DNA from: Ranitomeya imitator
Taxonomy: Eukaryota
Reading direction: 5' to 3'
Assembly (NCBI RefSeq): GCF_032444005.1
Contig: NC_091291.1
Location: 16,988,001-17,052,000, forward strand
Length of the DNA stretch: 64,000 nt
The position numbers and the translations under genes were made by a program. The notes under the pieces are model-generated. The model searched no databases and was not told where the DNA came from. It saw only the letters and a list, made by a program, of their open reading frames with translations. Below are positions 1-12,276 of this stretch, piece after piece; the first letter of the stretch is position 1; every line of letters begins with the position of its first letter.

Positions 1-3000
1 ATGGAGCAGCACATAAGGATCGGGAAGCAGGATGGAGCAGCACATAAGGATGGGGACGCAGGATGGAGCAGGACATAAGGATGGGGACGCAGGATGGAGC
101 AGCACATAAGGATGGGGACGCAGGATGGAGCAGCACATAAGGATGGGGACGCAGGATGGAGCAGCACATAAGAATGGGGACGCAGGATGGAGCAGCACAT
201 AAGGATGGGGAAGCAGGATGGAGCAGCACATAAGGATGGGGACGCAGGATGGAGCAGGACATAAGGATGGGGATGCAGGATGGAGCAGGACATAAGGATG
301 GGGACGCAGGATGGAGCAGCACATAAGGATGGGGACGCAGGATGGAGCAGCACATAAGGATGGGGACGCAGTATGGAGCAGCACATAAGGATGGGGAAGC
401 AGGATGGAGCAGCACATAAGGATGGGGACGCAGGATGGAGCAGGACATAAGGATGGGGACGCAGGATGGAGCAGGACATAAGGATGGGGACGCAGGATGG
501 AGCAGCACATAAGGATGGGGACGCAGGATGGAGCAGCACATAAGGATGGGGACGCAGGATGGAGCAGCACATAAGGATGGGGACGCAGGATGGAGCAGGA
601 CATAAGGATGGGGACGCAGGATGGAGCAGCACATAAGGATGGGGACGCAGAATGGAGCAGCACATAAGGATGGGGACGCAGGATGGAGCAGCACATAAGG
701 ATGGGGACGCAGGATGGAGCAGGACATAAGGATGGGGACGCAGGATGGAGCAGCACATAAGGATGGGGACGCAGGATGGAGCAGCACATAAGGATGGGGA
801 CGCAGGATGGGAGCAGCACATAAGGATGGGGACGCAGGATGGAGCAGCACATAAGGATGGGGATGCAGGATGGAGCAGCACATAAGGATGGGGACGCAGG
901 ATGGAGCAGCACATAAGGATGGGGACGCAGGATGGAGCAGCACATAAGGATGGGGACGCAGGATGGAGCAGCACATAAGGATGGGGACGCAGGATGGAGC
1001 AGGACATAAGGATGGGGACGCAGGATGGAGCAGCACATAAGGATGGGGACGCAGGATGGAGCAGCACATAAGGATGGGGACGCAGGATGGAGCAGCACAT
1101 AAGGATGGGGACGCAGGATGGAGCAGCACATAAGGATGGGGACGCAGGATGGAGCAGCACATAAGGATGGGGACGCAGGATGGAGCAGCACATAAGGATG
1201 GGGACGCAGGATGCAGCAGCACATAACAGGATGGGGACGCAGGATGGAGCAGCACATAAGGATGGGGACGCAGGATGGAGCAGCACATAAGGATGGGGAC
1301 GCAGGATGGAGCAGCACATAAGGATGGGGACGCAGGATGGAGCAGCACATAAGGATGGGGACGCAGGATGGAGCAGCACATAAGGATGGGGACGCAGGAT
1401 GGAGCAGCACATAAGGATGGGGACGCAGGATGGAGCAGCACATAAGGATGGGGACGCAGGATGGAGCAGCACATAAGGATGGGGACGCAGGATGGAGCAG
1501 CACATAAGGATGGGGACGCAGGATGGAGCAGCACATAAGGATGGGGACGCAGGATGGAGCAGCACATAAGGATGGGGACGCAGGATGGAGCAGCACATAA
1601 CAGGATGGGGACGCAGGATGGAGCAGCACATAAGGATGGGGACGCAGGATGGGAGCAGCACATAAGGATGGGGACGCAGGATGGAGCAGCACATAACAAG
1701 ATGGGGACGCAGGATGGAGCAGCACATAAGGATGGGGACGCAGGATGGGAGCAGCACATAAGGATGGGGACGCAGGATGGAGCAGCACATAAGGATGGGG
1801 ACGCAGGATGGAGCAGCACATAAGGATGGGGACGCAGGATGCAGCATGAACATAAGGATGGGGACGCAGGATGCAGCATGAACATAAGGATGGGGACGCA
1901 GGATGCAGCAGCACATAAGGATGGGGACGCAGGATGCAGCATGAACATAAGGATGGGGACGCAGGATGCAGCAAGAACATAAGGATGGGGACGCAGGATG
2001 CAGCATGAACATAAGGATGGGGACGCAGGATGCAGCAGCACATAAGGATAGGGACACAGGATGCAGCATGAACATAAGGATGGGGACGCAGGATGGGAGC
2101 AGCACATAAGGATGGGGACGCAGGATGCAGCAGCACATAAGGATGGGGACGCAGGATGCAGCATGAACATAAGGATGGGGACGCAGGATGCAGCATGAAC
2201 ATAAGGATGGTGACGCAGGATGCAGCATGAACATAAGGATGGGGACGCAGGATGGGAGCAGCACATAAGGATGGGGATGCAGGATGCAGCAGCACATAAG
2301 GATGGGGACGCAGGATGGAGCAGCACATAAGAATGGGGATGCAGCATGAACATAAGGATGGGGACGCAGAATGCAGCATGAACATAAGGATGGGGACGCA
2401 AGATGCAGCATGAACATAAGGATGGGGACGCAGGATGCAGCAGCACATAAGGATGGGGACGCAGGATGCAGCAGTACATAAGGATGGGGACCCAGGATGC
2501 AGCAGCACATAAGGATGGGGACGCAGGATCGAGCAGCACATAAGGATGGGGACGCAGGATGCAGCAGCACATAAGGATGGGGACGCAGGATGCAGCAGCA
2601 CATAAGGATGGGGACGCAGGATGCAGCATGAACATAAGGATGGGGACGCAGGATGCAGCAGCACATAAGGATGGGGACGCAGGATGCAGCAGTACATAAG
2701 GATGGGGACGCAGGATGGAGCAGCACATAAGGATGGGGACGCAGGATGCAGCAGCACATAAGGATGGGGACGCAGGATGCAGCAGCACATAAGGATGGGG
2801 ACGCAGGATGGAGCAGCACATAACAGGATGGGGACGCAGGATGGAGCAGCACATAACAGGATGGGGACGCAGGATGGAGCATGAACATAAGGATGGGGAC
2901 GCAGGATGCAGCAGCACATAAGGATGGGGACGCAGGATGCAGCAGCACATAAGGATGGGGACGCAGGATGGAGCAGCACATAAGGATGGGGACGCAGGAT

Positions 3001-3570
3001 GGAGCAGCACATAAGGATGGGGACGCAGGATGGAGCAGCACATAAGGATGGGGACACAGGATGGAGCAGCACATAAGGATGGGGACGCAGGATGGGAGCA
3101 GCACATAAGGATGGGGACGCAGGATGGAGCAGCACATAAGGATGGGGACGCAGGATGGAGCAGCACATAAGGATGGGGACGCAGGATGGGAGCAGCACAT
3201 AAGGATGGGGACGCAGGATGCAGCAGCACATAAGGATGGGGACGCAGGATGGAGCAGCACATAAGGATGGGGACGCAGGATGGAGCAGCACATAAGGATG
3301 GGGACGCAGGATGCAGCAGCACATAAGGATGGGGACGCAGGATGGAGCAGCGCATGACAGGATGGGGACGCATGATGGAGCAGCGCATGACAGGATGGGG
3401 ACGCAGGATGCAGCAGCACATGACAGGATGGGGACGCAGGATGGGAGCAGCGCATCACAGGATGGGGACGCAGGATGGGAGCAGCGCATGACAGGATGGG
3501 GACGCTGGATGGGAGCAGCACATGACAGGATGGGGACGCAGGATGGAGCAGCACATACCAGGATGGAGAC
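1..3570 (+). repeat. 31-bp minisatellite array (GGATGGGGACGCAGGATGGAGCAGCACATAA)n, running off the window start
   Basis: Unit recurs with a 31-bp period for about 3.5 kb. Variant units (GATGCAGCATGAAC) cluster at about 1840-2900, and degenerate units occur at 3350-3570. Confidence 0.97.
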
Positions 3571-3624
3571 AATATACCAATATAAATGCTCGCCACCCGG
3601 GCGTAGAACGGGTTCAATAGCTAG
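1..3624 (+). mobile_element. Non-autonomous Helitron-like element, 3' end, carrying the 31-bp minisatellite
   Basis: After the array: ACCCG(3595-3599)-loop-CGGGT(3609-3613) hairpin, then CTAG at 3621-3624 followed by T. This is the canonical Helitron 3' signature. The 5' TC end is outside the window. Confidence 0.6.
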
Positions 3625-3845
3625 TATATGTATATAGATATATAAATATATATATACATAAATATATATCTATATATATAAATATATGTAGTAGAAATAT
3701 ATAACATATTATAAAAATATATAAATATATATAAATAAATATAATTATATAATTACAAATATATCAAATATATAATATATTATAAATATATAGTATATAT
3801 ATATATATAAATTATATATATATGTATGTGTGTATATATCATATA
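3625..3845. repeat. AT-rich, (TA)n-like low-complexity tract
   Basis: Almost pure A/T with degenerate TA dinucleotide runs. Confidence 0.9.
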
Positions 3846-5429
3846 TTTCTTTATTTTTTAATTGAGAAAAAGAGGGTTATTTGAATTTTTATGCTTTTAC
3901 ATTTTAGAAAACTTTTATTTTTCACTTTCTTATTTGGTGACTTAAGTGACATGAATTTGTGATGGTCTGTTCTGTACACTGCAATGCTATAGTATTGTAA
4001 TATATAGACAAAAATGACGTTCTCCTATATAGCCCAGCCATAGCATGTACCAATCTGATCTGTTCTATAGGCTAGTGTGCGTCATTAGTCGGCTGGCGCC
4101 GTTCTCCTCCTTTGCTGTATGCACACAGAGACTGTCACGTCTGTAATGTGCGGACACGACTGGCTCTTCTGACCAGACTTGTTCACTGTGACTCCAGGGC
4201 ACAGGAGACACTTGTCCTCTGTCCCTTTGTAAGCTGGTCGCGGGATGCAGTGATGCAAGGGAGGCAGTGCAGGGGTTAACAATATAACAGTTTAATTATA
4301 ACAAAGGAGAAAACTCATCTCAGGGAGATAAACAGTTAAACTTGAAAAAAACAAATAGCAAATGTAAGATGACAGCAGTCCAAGTATCCAACTTATCGTG
4401 TCCTTATGGTCAACCACTGCAGATGATCCGTTGGGGGTTGTAGTACTGGCAGCGGCCGGAGTAGTGTCCACAGATGGGGATCCCACAGACGGCAATCCAG
4501 CTTCTGGCGACAACGGGCGGTCTCCAGTTTTACCCGTTGAGCCCCTAGTCGATGACCCTGTGCAACCAAAGCAATGAGGGCTGCACCAATCCCAGAATCA
4601 AGTGTGAGCTCAGATGTGCTGTCCAGCATACGGTACCGCGGCCTAATGTCCTGCAACCGGCCCACACTTCTTTGCACGTGCGCAGCCTTTACTGCCTCTG
4701 GATGCGCAGCGCTCTCTTCATGCATTGTCCCACTGATGTTACCCGTAGGTGTCGGCTGCCGTGCGTCGCAGCGCCAGGGCTCGGGGTGCGGAGCGCGATT
4801 CTCACCCTGCTGCGCTCTCTCTGATGGCGGGAAACTGCTCACTACTTTGCGTGCTTTTCCCTTAACCTCCGGTTCACATGCACCCTCCCTTTCCGGGTCA
4901 AGGAACCTGTCCGGTCCCCTATTCCTTCCCCCGGGCAACATGGGACGCAACCTCGACAGTTCCAGAGCTGGCTCACCACACAGCCCGGTCTTCCGCCTTA
5001 CACTTTGACAGCCAATTATAGATGTGCTCATAAAGCAGAGTCTGTGATTGGCTGAAAGGATGAGACCCCGAGGTGTGCGGTGCCTGTTACTGCATAAGCA
5101 ATGGTGTACCACCAATGGTGGCAGGCCACCCGGCCTCTATGTGGCCCGTGAGATTCAGGGCCCCGCCACGTGTCCTTGCACATTCAACTGTATCAGCATC
5201 CTGGATTCTGATACAGTTGATATAAATGATGGAGGAGGGAACATCAGCTGACACTTCTTCCTCCATCATTCTTCCTCGGCATCTGACTCCTCAGCGCAGC
5301 GGGCGTGATGACGTCTCTACATGATGTCTGTTGCACTGAAAAATGCAGCACTTCAGAACAAGGAGGAGAGGTGAGTGTTGTATATTTTTTTTTTAAATGT
5401 GAGAACATTGTTGTGGCCAGATTACTTCA

Positions 5430-6376
5430 TTCAGGACTATGGGGAGTACAGCATACTGTATGGAGGACTATGGGGAGCACAGCATACTGTATGGAGGACA
5501 ATAGGCAGTACAGCATACTGTATGTAGGACTATGGGGAGTATAGTATACTGTGGAGGACTATGAGGATTACAGTATACTGTATGGAGGACTATGGGGAGT
5601 ACAGCATACTGTATGGAGGACTATGGGGAGTGTATTATATGATATGGAGGACTATGGGAAGTACAGTATACTGTATGGAGGACTATGGGGAGTACAGCAT
5701 ACTGTATGGAGGACTATGGGGAGTACAGCATACTGTATGGAGGACTATGGGGAGTACAGCATACTGTATGGAGGACTATGGGGAATACAGCATACTGTAT
5801 GGAGGACTATGGGAAGTATAGTATACTGTATGGAGGACTATGGGGAGTACAGTATACTGTATGGAGGACTATGGGGAGTACAGCATACTGTATGGAGGAC
5901 TATGGGGAGTACAGCATACTGTATGGAGGACTATGGGGAGTACAGCATACTGTATGGAGGACTATGGGGAGTACAGCATACTGTATGGAGGACTATGGGA
6001 AGTATAGTATACTGTATGGAGGACTATGGGGAGTACAGTATACTGTATGGATTACTATTGGGAGTGCAGTATACTGTATGGAGGACTATGGGAAGTACAG
6101 TATACTGTATGGATGACTATGGGGAGTGCAGTATACTATATGGATTACTATGGGGAGTACAGTATACTGCATGGTGAACTATTGGGAGTGAAGTATACTA
6201 TATGGAGGACTGTGGGGCGTGCAGCGTACTGTATGGAGGACTATTGGGAGTGCAGTATACTATATGGAGGACGATGGGGAGTACAGTATACTGTATGGAG
6301 GACTATGGTAAATACAGAATACTGTATGGATGACTATTTGGAATGCAGTATACTATATGGAGTATTATGGGGAGTC
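5430..6376 (+). repeat. 31-bp minisatellite (GGAGGACTATGGGGAGTACAGCATACTGTAT)n
   Basis: 31-bp period, about 30 copies, degenerating toward both ends. Confidence 0.95.
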
Positions 6377-8046
6377 ATGAAGAAAAACAAAAAGCCAGCT
6401 CACCAGGCAGCTTGTAGCAGGTGCACGGAACTTCCACGTTGATCCACGTAGTGTTGCATAGGAAGACGAAAAAAGCTTTGTTCCAGCTCCAAAATTTAAA
6501 ATTGAGTCCTTTATTAGTACATGATAAAAGCACAAGCTGAATAACTCTCCACAGCACAATAGGAAATGAGCTACGCGTTTCGATCTTTGCAGAGCTTTGT
6601 CAGAGCTACAACTGAATAAAACTAGTAATACTATATAGCCACCACCAGCCAATAGACAACAATCTCCAAATCACATGACAGGAAAGAATCCCACTGGCAA
6701 ATTACAATATAAAGCGAAGAAGGAAAAATATTGCACATAAGCATTAAAAGTTTGTATAAACACATTAGACACATAAAAAAACACATTAATTTCAAATACT
6801 CATGACAGAGACACTAATAATGATACATTAATTCATTGCTCTTATTGAGACCAACAGGGGAACGAGTGCTCAGGTGATAAATCCAAAATGCCTCACGCAT
6901 CAGTAGACAGCGTCTGGAATCACCTCCCCGCAATGGTTTGTTAACACGTTCTATCCCATAAGCACGGAAACTTTTAGTGCTGCCAGAATGCTGGGTAATG
7001 AAATGCCTGGAGGCTGCCAACACTGAACGAACAGACTCACCTGACTTCTCTATATCGTGTAAGTGTTCACTGATCCGTGTTTTTAACTTACGAGAGGTGC
7101 AGCCGACATAAGACAGGTATGACATATGCAGCCAACATATGACAGGTATGACATATGCAGCCAACATATGACAGGTATGACATATGCAGTCAATCTTATA
7201 AACCACTGACACAGTGTTACAATTAATATATTGCTTTATGTTGAAGTGCTTGGAAGCACTGGAGTCATCAAATGTCTTAGTGACTAATGCATGATCACAC
7301 GTCTTGCACCTATTACTGCCGCATTTATAGAAACCCGTATAATTCAACCAGGTTTTACTCTTATTTGTACTGGAGCGGAACATACTTGGTGAAACCCTAT
7401 CACCAATGGTCAGGGCTTTTCTTGATACTACATTAACTCCTGTATCCAAAATTTTAGCCAAACTAGCATCCTCATACAATATAGGTAAAAATTTGTTGAC
7501 TATATTCTTTATTTGATTAAACTGAGAACTAAACTGGAAACAGATGTATGGTTTCTTATTTACTTTGGCAGAAATAGGTACAGGAGATATTGATGTTTTT
7601 GGTATAATTAAATTGTCACGATCTTTTCGTGCGACAATTTTCTGTGCCCTGTTCAGCATCCAAAATGGATAATTGCGGCTTTTCAATTTACCGGATGCTA
7701 TATTTATTTCATTTTTTTAAATGTTCTCATTACTGCAATTTCGTTTGATTCTGGTAAATTCCCCGACGGGGATGGATTGAATAGTGTGCAGAGGGTGGCT
7801 ACTATCAGCATGGAGTATAGTATTGCCACCAAGAGATTTATGGTGAGTTCTTGTTTCTATCACCTGGTCAACATCACCAGCTAAACTCAGATCCAAAAAA
7901 TTGATCTGTTTCTGATCATATCTATATGTAAAGCGTAAATTATATTCATTTGAATTGAGATAACTAATGAAGTCAGGTATGGCAGATACATCGGCGGTCC
8001 AAATAATGAGTAAATCGTCGATGTATCTACCATACCAACCAATCTG
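6377..8046 (-). mobile_element. Penelope-like retroelement (PLE), 5'-truncated: RT C-terminus + GIY-YIG endonuclease + 3' terminal region
   Basis: 7717-8046 encodes WYGRYIDDLLIIW...INFLDL...HADSSHP (PLE RT). 6814-7686 encodes CxxxxCxxC...VVYKIDC...YVGCTSRKLKTRISEH...REAFWIYHL...GLN (PLE GIY-YIG). There is a frameshift between the two ORFs. Confidence 0.9.
6568..6610 (-). ncRNA. Degenerate minimal hammerhead ribozyme in the PLE 3' region
   Basis: Minus strand reads agct-CTGACAA-a-gctct(gcaa)agatc-GAAA-cgcg-TA-gctc. Stem II has one mismatch, and the core and stem I are imperfect. Confidence 0.55.
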
Positions 8047-8345
8047 AAAACACAATAGATTATCATTCAAAAATTATGGAACTTTTATCGGATGTGACAA
8101 CGTATACAGAACTTAAGGTTAATCCATCTAATGACTTTAAAGATAAAGCGGACAGAATAATAGAGGAAGGCTACAGACTTGGTATCCTTCAAAGCACTCA
8201 CTGTGCGAAACGGCCGTCGTCCTCTCTCCACTCCCGCACCCTCCTGTATACCTGATGTCCTAATGGATGTATGAACATGCTATAATTTTATTCCAATAAA
8301 GAGCACGAATACACAGCAAAAGAAGGGTGAGTGCCGCATATTTTC
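8047..8345 (+). mobile_element. Inverted PLE RT fragment fused to a PLE-type terminal repeat with a half hammerhead
   Basis: Plus frame reads NTIDYHSKIMELLSDVTTYTELKVNPSNDFKDKADRIIEEGYRLGIL (pre-RT region of PLE ORFs). It is followed by gcac-tcact-gtgc GAAA cggccg TC (8194-8218), AATAAA and GTGAGTGCCG. Confidence 0.65.
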
Positions 8346-8539
8346 TTTTTCTCTGTTTTTACAAAAATTCAGCTACACGCTAGAAGTGCAGAGCACCATA
8401 TACCCAGAGATTTCGTGACACCTGCAAATCGGTTTCTCCTAGGAGTCCAAGTCCATAAGAGTTTGTACTCCTCTGGTGCCGTCCCTTTCTCTATTTCTTT
8501 ACCGTTGGAACTACTATGTCTGTGAAATATGCGCATCAA

Positions 8540-11500
8540 CTAGAGAGGTCCGCCTCCTGATCTGGGATGGCGGGGAGAATAAAAGGAACCTCCCAATAAG
8601 ACGGGCGTGGTGCAGCAAAACCACGGGAAGCAACGCCGAGGAGGCAGAACCGGAAATCAACACGGCAGAGGGAGGTGAGTGGACCCCGGAGCATGGGATG
8701 GAGCAAGAGGACTCTCCCGGCCAGGACACGCAAGAACTTTACCCGTCGCAGATGATGAAACCGGACCTCCTGTGGAGAGAAGCGGAGGAGCTGACCCGAC
8801 AACTTACGCGGTTGCTGCTGGAAACCATGACCGGGTGGAGAGAGGCCTTGATCGGAAGTCTCGCCGGACGACCGCTGAATACCCTGACTGGTTCGGTGCC
8901 GAAAAGAAGATCCAGCTCTCCGGAAGCAGAGGTAAGGGGCACGACCCTGATGACCCCAACAGCGAAAGGCCCGACGGACACCGCTGACTCACCTCCACCG
9001 TGATATGCACCACCCGTCCAGGGGTACGAGGCCCTTGATGACACAACACTGTACCTAGAGGATATCCCGGCCAACAGCTCGACACCATCTTCTGGGCCCG
9101 ACGACACCTGGACGGACATGCCGCTGACTACCGCGGGACGACAGCATCTGGAGACAGCTGACATCTCCACTTATCCCCGCAAGTGAATCCCAGGCTAGCT
9201 CCCCAGAGCCCATGGTGTTTGCAGGGGGACCACGGGGGAGGACCTGATCGTGCTCCAGGGAGAGATCCCCATGATTACCTGGCAGGAGCACTGCAGGCGT
9301 CGGGAGGAGAGGGAGTGACAGGAATCTTTGGCCCGTGCAGCTGCATTTGAAGAGAAAAATCTGGCAGGGAAGGCCCGTGTACGTAAGATCCCATGGTCAG
9401 AGAGAGGACCACTGCAGCTGGGGGAAGTTGCAGTCTTTAACAAACAGCATGGCTGGGGCTTTATAAAAGAAGCTGGCATGATCAACGAAATCTTCGTCAA
9501 TTGCAGGGATGTGGAGTCACACCTAATTGAGAGACATCCTGACAGGGATCTGAATACTGGAGACCGTGTGACTTACACCCGTCACATTGGAGAAAAAGGA
9601 TGGTATGCACTAGACTGCAAAAAGCGTGTACCACCCTCAGCCCCTGTAAAAGTCACAGCCCAGGCCAGGCCAACGCCCAAAAGTGACCAGTCCACTCAGA
9701 CACCGGTGGTGCAACTAGCCAGCAGGCCCTGGTGTGCAGTACCTATGGAGAGGTATGATCCAGAGTGTTCCCGACCAGGGGGTGACAGTGCTTCTCAGCC
9801 CTGGAAAAGGAAGTAAAGAAACTGTTTTTCAAAATTTGAAAATGACTGTTGATTTAACCCTGTTGGAATATTCCTTAGTTGTTCCAGTTTGAAATTTTTA
9901 TTAAACCTGATCAGGTTTCCAGTTATGGAGTTCATTTGTTTAAAAAGACAATAGGATCATGAAGAATGAATGGTTCACAAACTGTACTGTAAATAGTTGG
10001 CACTTCCTTAGGTGCTTTCTACTGGTTTTATGTGGAACCCTTAAAGGGACAGTTCCAAAGTTGCCTTTAATTGTTGATTGTTTACATAGAGACCTGAAGC
10101 AAAACCCGTTGGTGTGGCAGAACCCTGGGCCTGGATAAGCCTTGTAGCCCTCCCCAGACCTACGTTGGGGGTTGATAACGGGTGCCTCGCTTCATTGCTG
10201 CTGTTCAAGAATGTGATTGTTGGACTTGAATATTGATTTAAATAATAAAATTGCACTACCTCAGAGTTGAGAAAAGTTAGAATTGATTTTGATGTGCTAG
10301 AGAGTTTTGTAGACTAAATTATGCACTGTTTGACCAGCTAAAGTATTGCACTTTGAATAAAATATATATATTTATGATGTAGAATACCTGAAAAGGTGGT
10401 TGTTAGCTATGAGAGTAGTTATGCACTTTAATTGTGAAGATAGTATACCCTTAGAGGGTAATTGCACTGTATTAAAGAGATAGTAAATGAAAATGCACTT
10501 TGAAGACTTAAAGATATAATACCCGTAAGGGTAGTTACCGTGCATAGCGTAGGAGTTGTTTACATTAGTGTAAATATGTTTGGTAACGTTAAAGAAATTA
10601 ATTCCTTCCGAATAGGGATGCCACAGTTACTATTAATTTGCTTTATACCTGTTATTAAGCATTCAAAAATGTTCTTCATGTCTTTTAACACCTGTTTGTT
10701 TATGTTTTCCTTTCCCAGTCTGGGAGTACTGAAGTTAACGGGGGGAGTGCAGCACCCGCAGGTAACCGGTTGCTGCAGTGATGTTGCCTTCCCTTCGGGG
10801 AGGGTGATGTCACACTTGGAGGCAAGGGGGGGTTGTTTCTATCAGGTACGGCACTTACATTCAACACATCTGAATCTAGGCCAGGAGGGGGAGCTCAGAA
10901 CCCGGATTCAGGGGAGCGTCCCTTAGCCATACTATATGCATCTTGGTTTGGAGGAGGAGTCAGTCAGTCTGAGAGAGGAGAGTAGAAGGACATCTGGAGG
11001 AAACGTGGGGGCCGAGCATCCAAGAGGGAGCTGCTACCCCTGGAAAGAGAAGCTGAAGGAGACTTGAATTGTGGAAGAGCTTAGAGGAAAGAAGTATAGA
11101 GGAGGAAAGGGCTCAGGAGGGGAACAGCGGAATGACACCCTCAGAGTCAGAGCGCAGAAGCCGGGTACCGGGAGCCCGAGGTCGTGTTGTTCTCCAGGAC
11201 GCGTTACAGAACCGGAGGGAAAAGCAATATATGTCAATTGCCCGTAGCAAGTCTGAGGTGAAGCAGTGACCGTGAGAGCTGGGTCATCTAAGAGATCCTA
11301 TAAGCAGGCTCAAACTGCCTATCGTACAGACATCTGTCTTAGAACAGGAGGAAGGGGACTTGCACTGAGCTTCAAGCAGCAGGGACCTAATTAACTACAT
11401 GGCGCCAGCAGGAAAGGCTTACAGACCTCACCTGGTAATGGGATCTCTTATTGCCTCCAAGCCAGCCGGACCACAGCTACCCTGTACTTGGTACCCTGGA

Positions 11501-11870
11501 CTGAGGACTACTACTACCATCAGTAAACCAGTTAAAGACTTGCAAACCTGTGTCATCGCTCTTTGTGCATTTTTTGGCTTACACCATCTTGCCATACACC
11601 TGGGAAGCCCTAGGGACCCCGCTTCACCTGTGGGAAACGTTACCATCTTGCTGCAACAACATCACCCCAGAAGACCCCTTTTAGCAGCATCGGTCCCTAC
11701 TGACCAAACACCACAGGTGGCGTCACGAACATAGACATTACAAATTCCCCTAAAAGACCTTTTTCTTTAATTGCACATCCAGAGCCACAGACCGGGTCGC
11801 AGCCACCGTGACATCCCCTTTAAGACCGGACCCAGTACCGAGTACCCCACTGCCCAGGCGGGGCGATCCA
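8540..11870 (+). mobile_element. 5'-truncated LTR retroelement: internal ORF remnant with cold-shock domain, PPT and 3' LTR
   Basis: Polypurine tract GGGGGGAG (10740-10747) abuts an LTR TGCAGCACCC...GGGCGATCCA (10748-11870, TG..CA with imperfect inverted ends). A related LTR occurs at 33281-34444. The 5' boundary is approximate. Confidence 0.75.
9328..9816 (+). pseudogene. Cold-shock-domain (CSD/OB-fold) ORF, the C-terminal part of a longer disrupted ORF within the LTR element
   Basis: GEVAVFNKQHGWGFIKEAGMINEIFVNCRDVESHLIERHPDRDLNTGDRVTYTRHIGEKGWYALDC (9421-9618) matches the CSD pattern: RNP1-like GWGFI, RNP2-like EIFV, L..GD.V.Y, KG..A. The frame continues upstream through TGA at 9316 and 9001. 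Confidence 0.75.
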
Positions 11871-12270
11871 GAACCGTTGCCCCTTGGATCCCGGCTGCTC
11901 CATGACAACATATCAGCTCTTGTTCTTCCAGGCTCCTCTGTTGATGGGGCGTGACTGCCGACGTCATGCTAAGCGACAGCTGGCTCCCCCCAGCTAGGAA
12001 GCGGGGAGCCGTCAGTCACTAGGAATGATGTCAACAGTTACACCCTGTCAGCAGAGTAGAACAGATGAGAAGCCACTGTGGAAGCTGCTGAATCGCCAGC
12101 AGGAGCAGTCTGTGACCACTCTGCGCCGGCAGAATATGGCAGTTACCTTCCTGTTTAGTTCTGTGAGTCCATAGTCATGAAATGTAATAGTCCCATATAA
12201 CCCCTTAATGTTTTTCTATATGTATGAGAAAAGTGGTGAATAAAAAAGCAATCAGTAATTTGAAAATATC

Positions 12271-12276
12271 TTTATT
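12271..12276 (-). promoter_or_regulatory. Candidate polyadenylation signal for lectin gene A
   Basis: AATAAA on the minus strand about 230 bp past the stop codon. Confidence 0.5.

Noticed and set aside
1-3570. CRISPR-like regular repeats or a G-quadruplex array
   Set aside because: There are no unique spacers and the context is eukaryotic. There is only one G4 tract per 31 bp, so loops are too long for a convincing G-quadruplex.
4393-5269. Overlapping ORFs of up to 240 aa on both strands
   Set aside because: No recognisable domain. Probably a GC-rich TE remnant that I cannot assign.
1554-6442. Repetitive ORFs in the two 31-bp arrays (MEQHIRMGTQDG..., MEDYGEYSILYGG...)
   Set aside because: The unit length is not a multiple of 3, all frames are equally open, and there is no splice or promoter context. 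These are by-products of the repeat.
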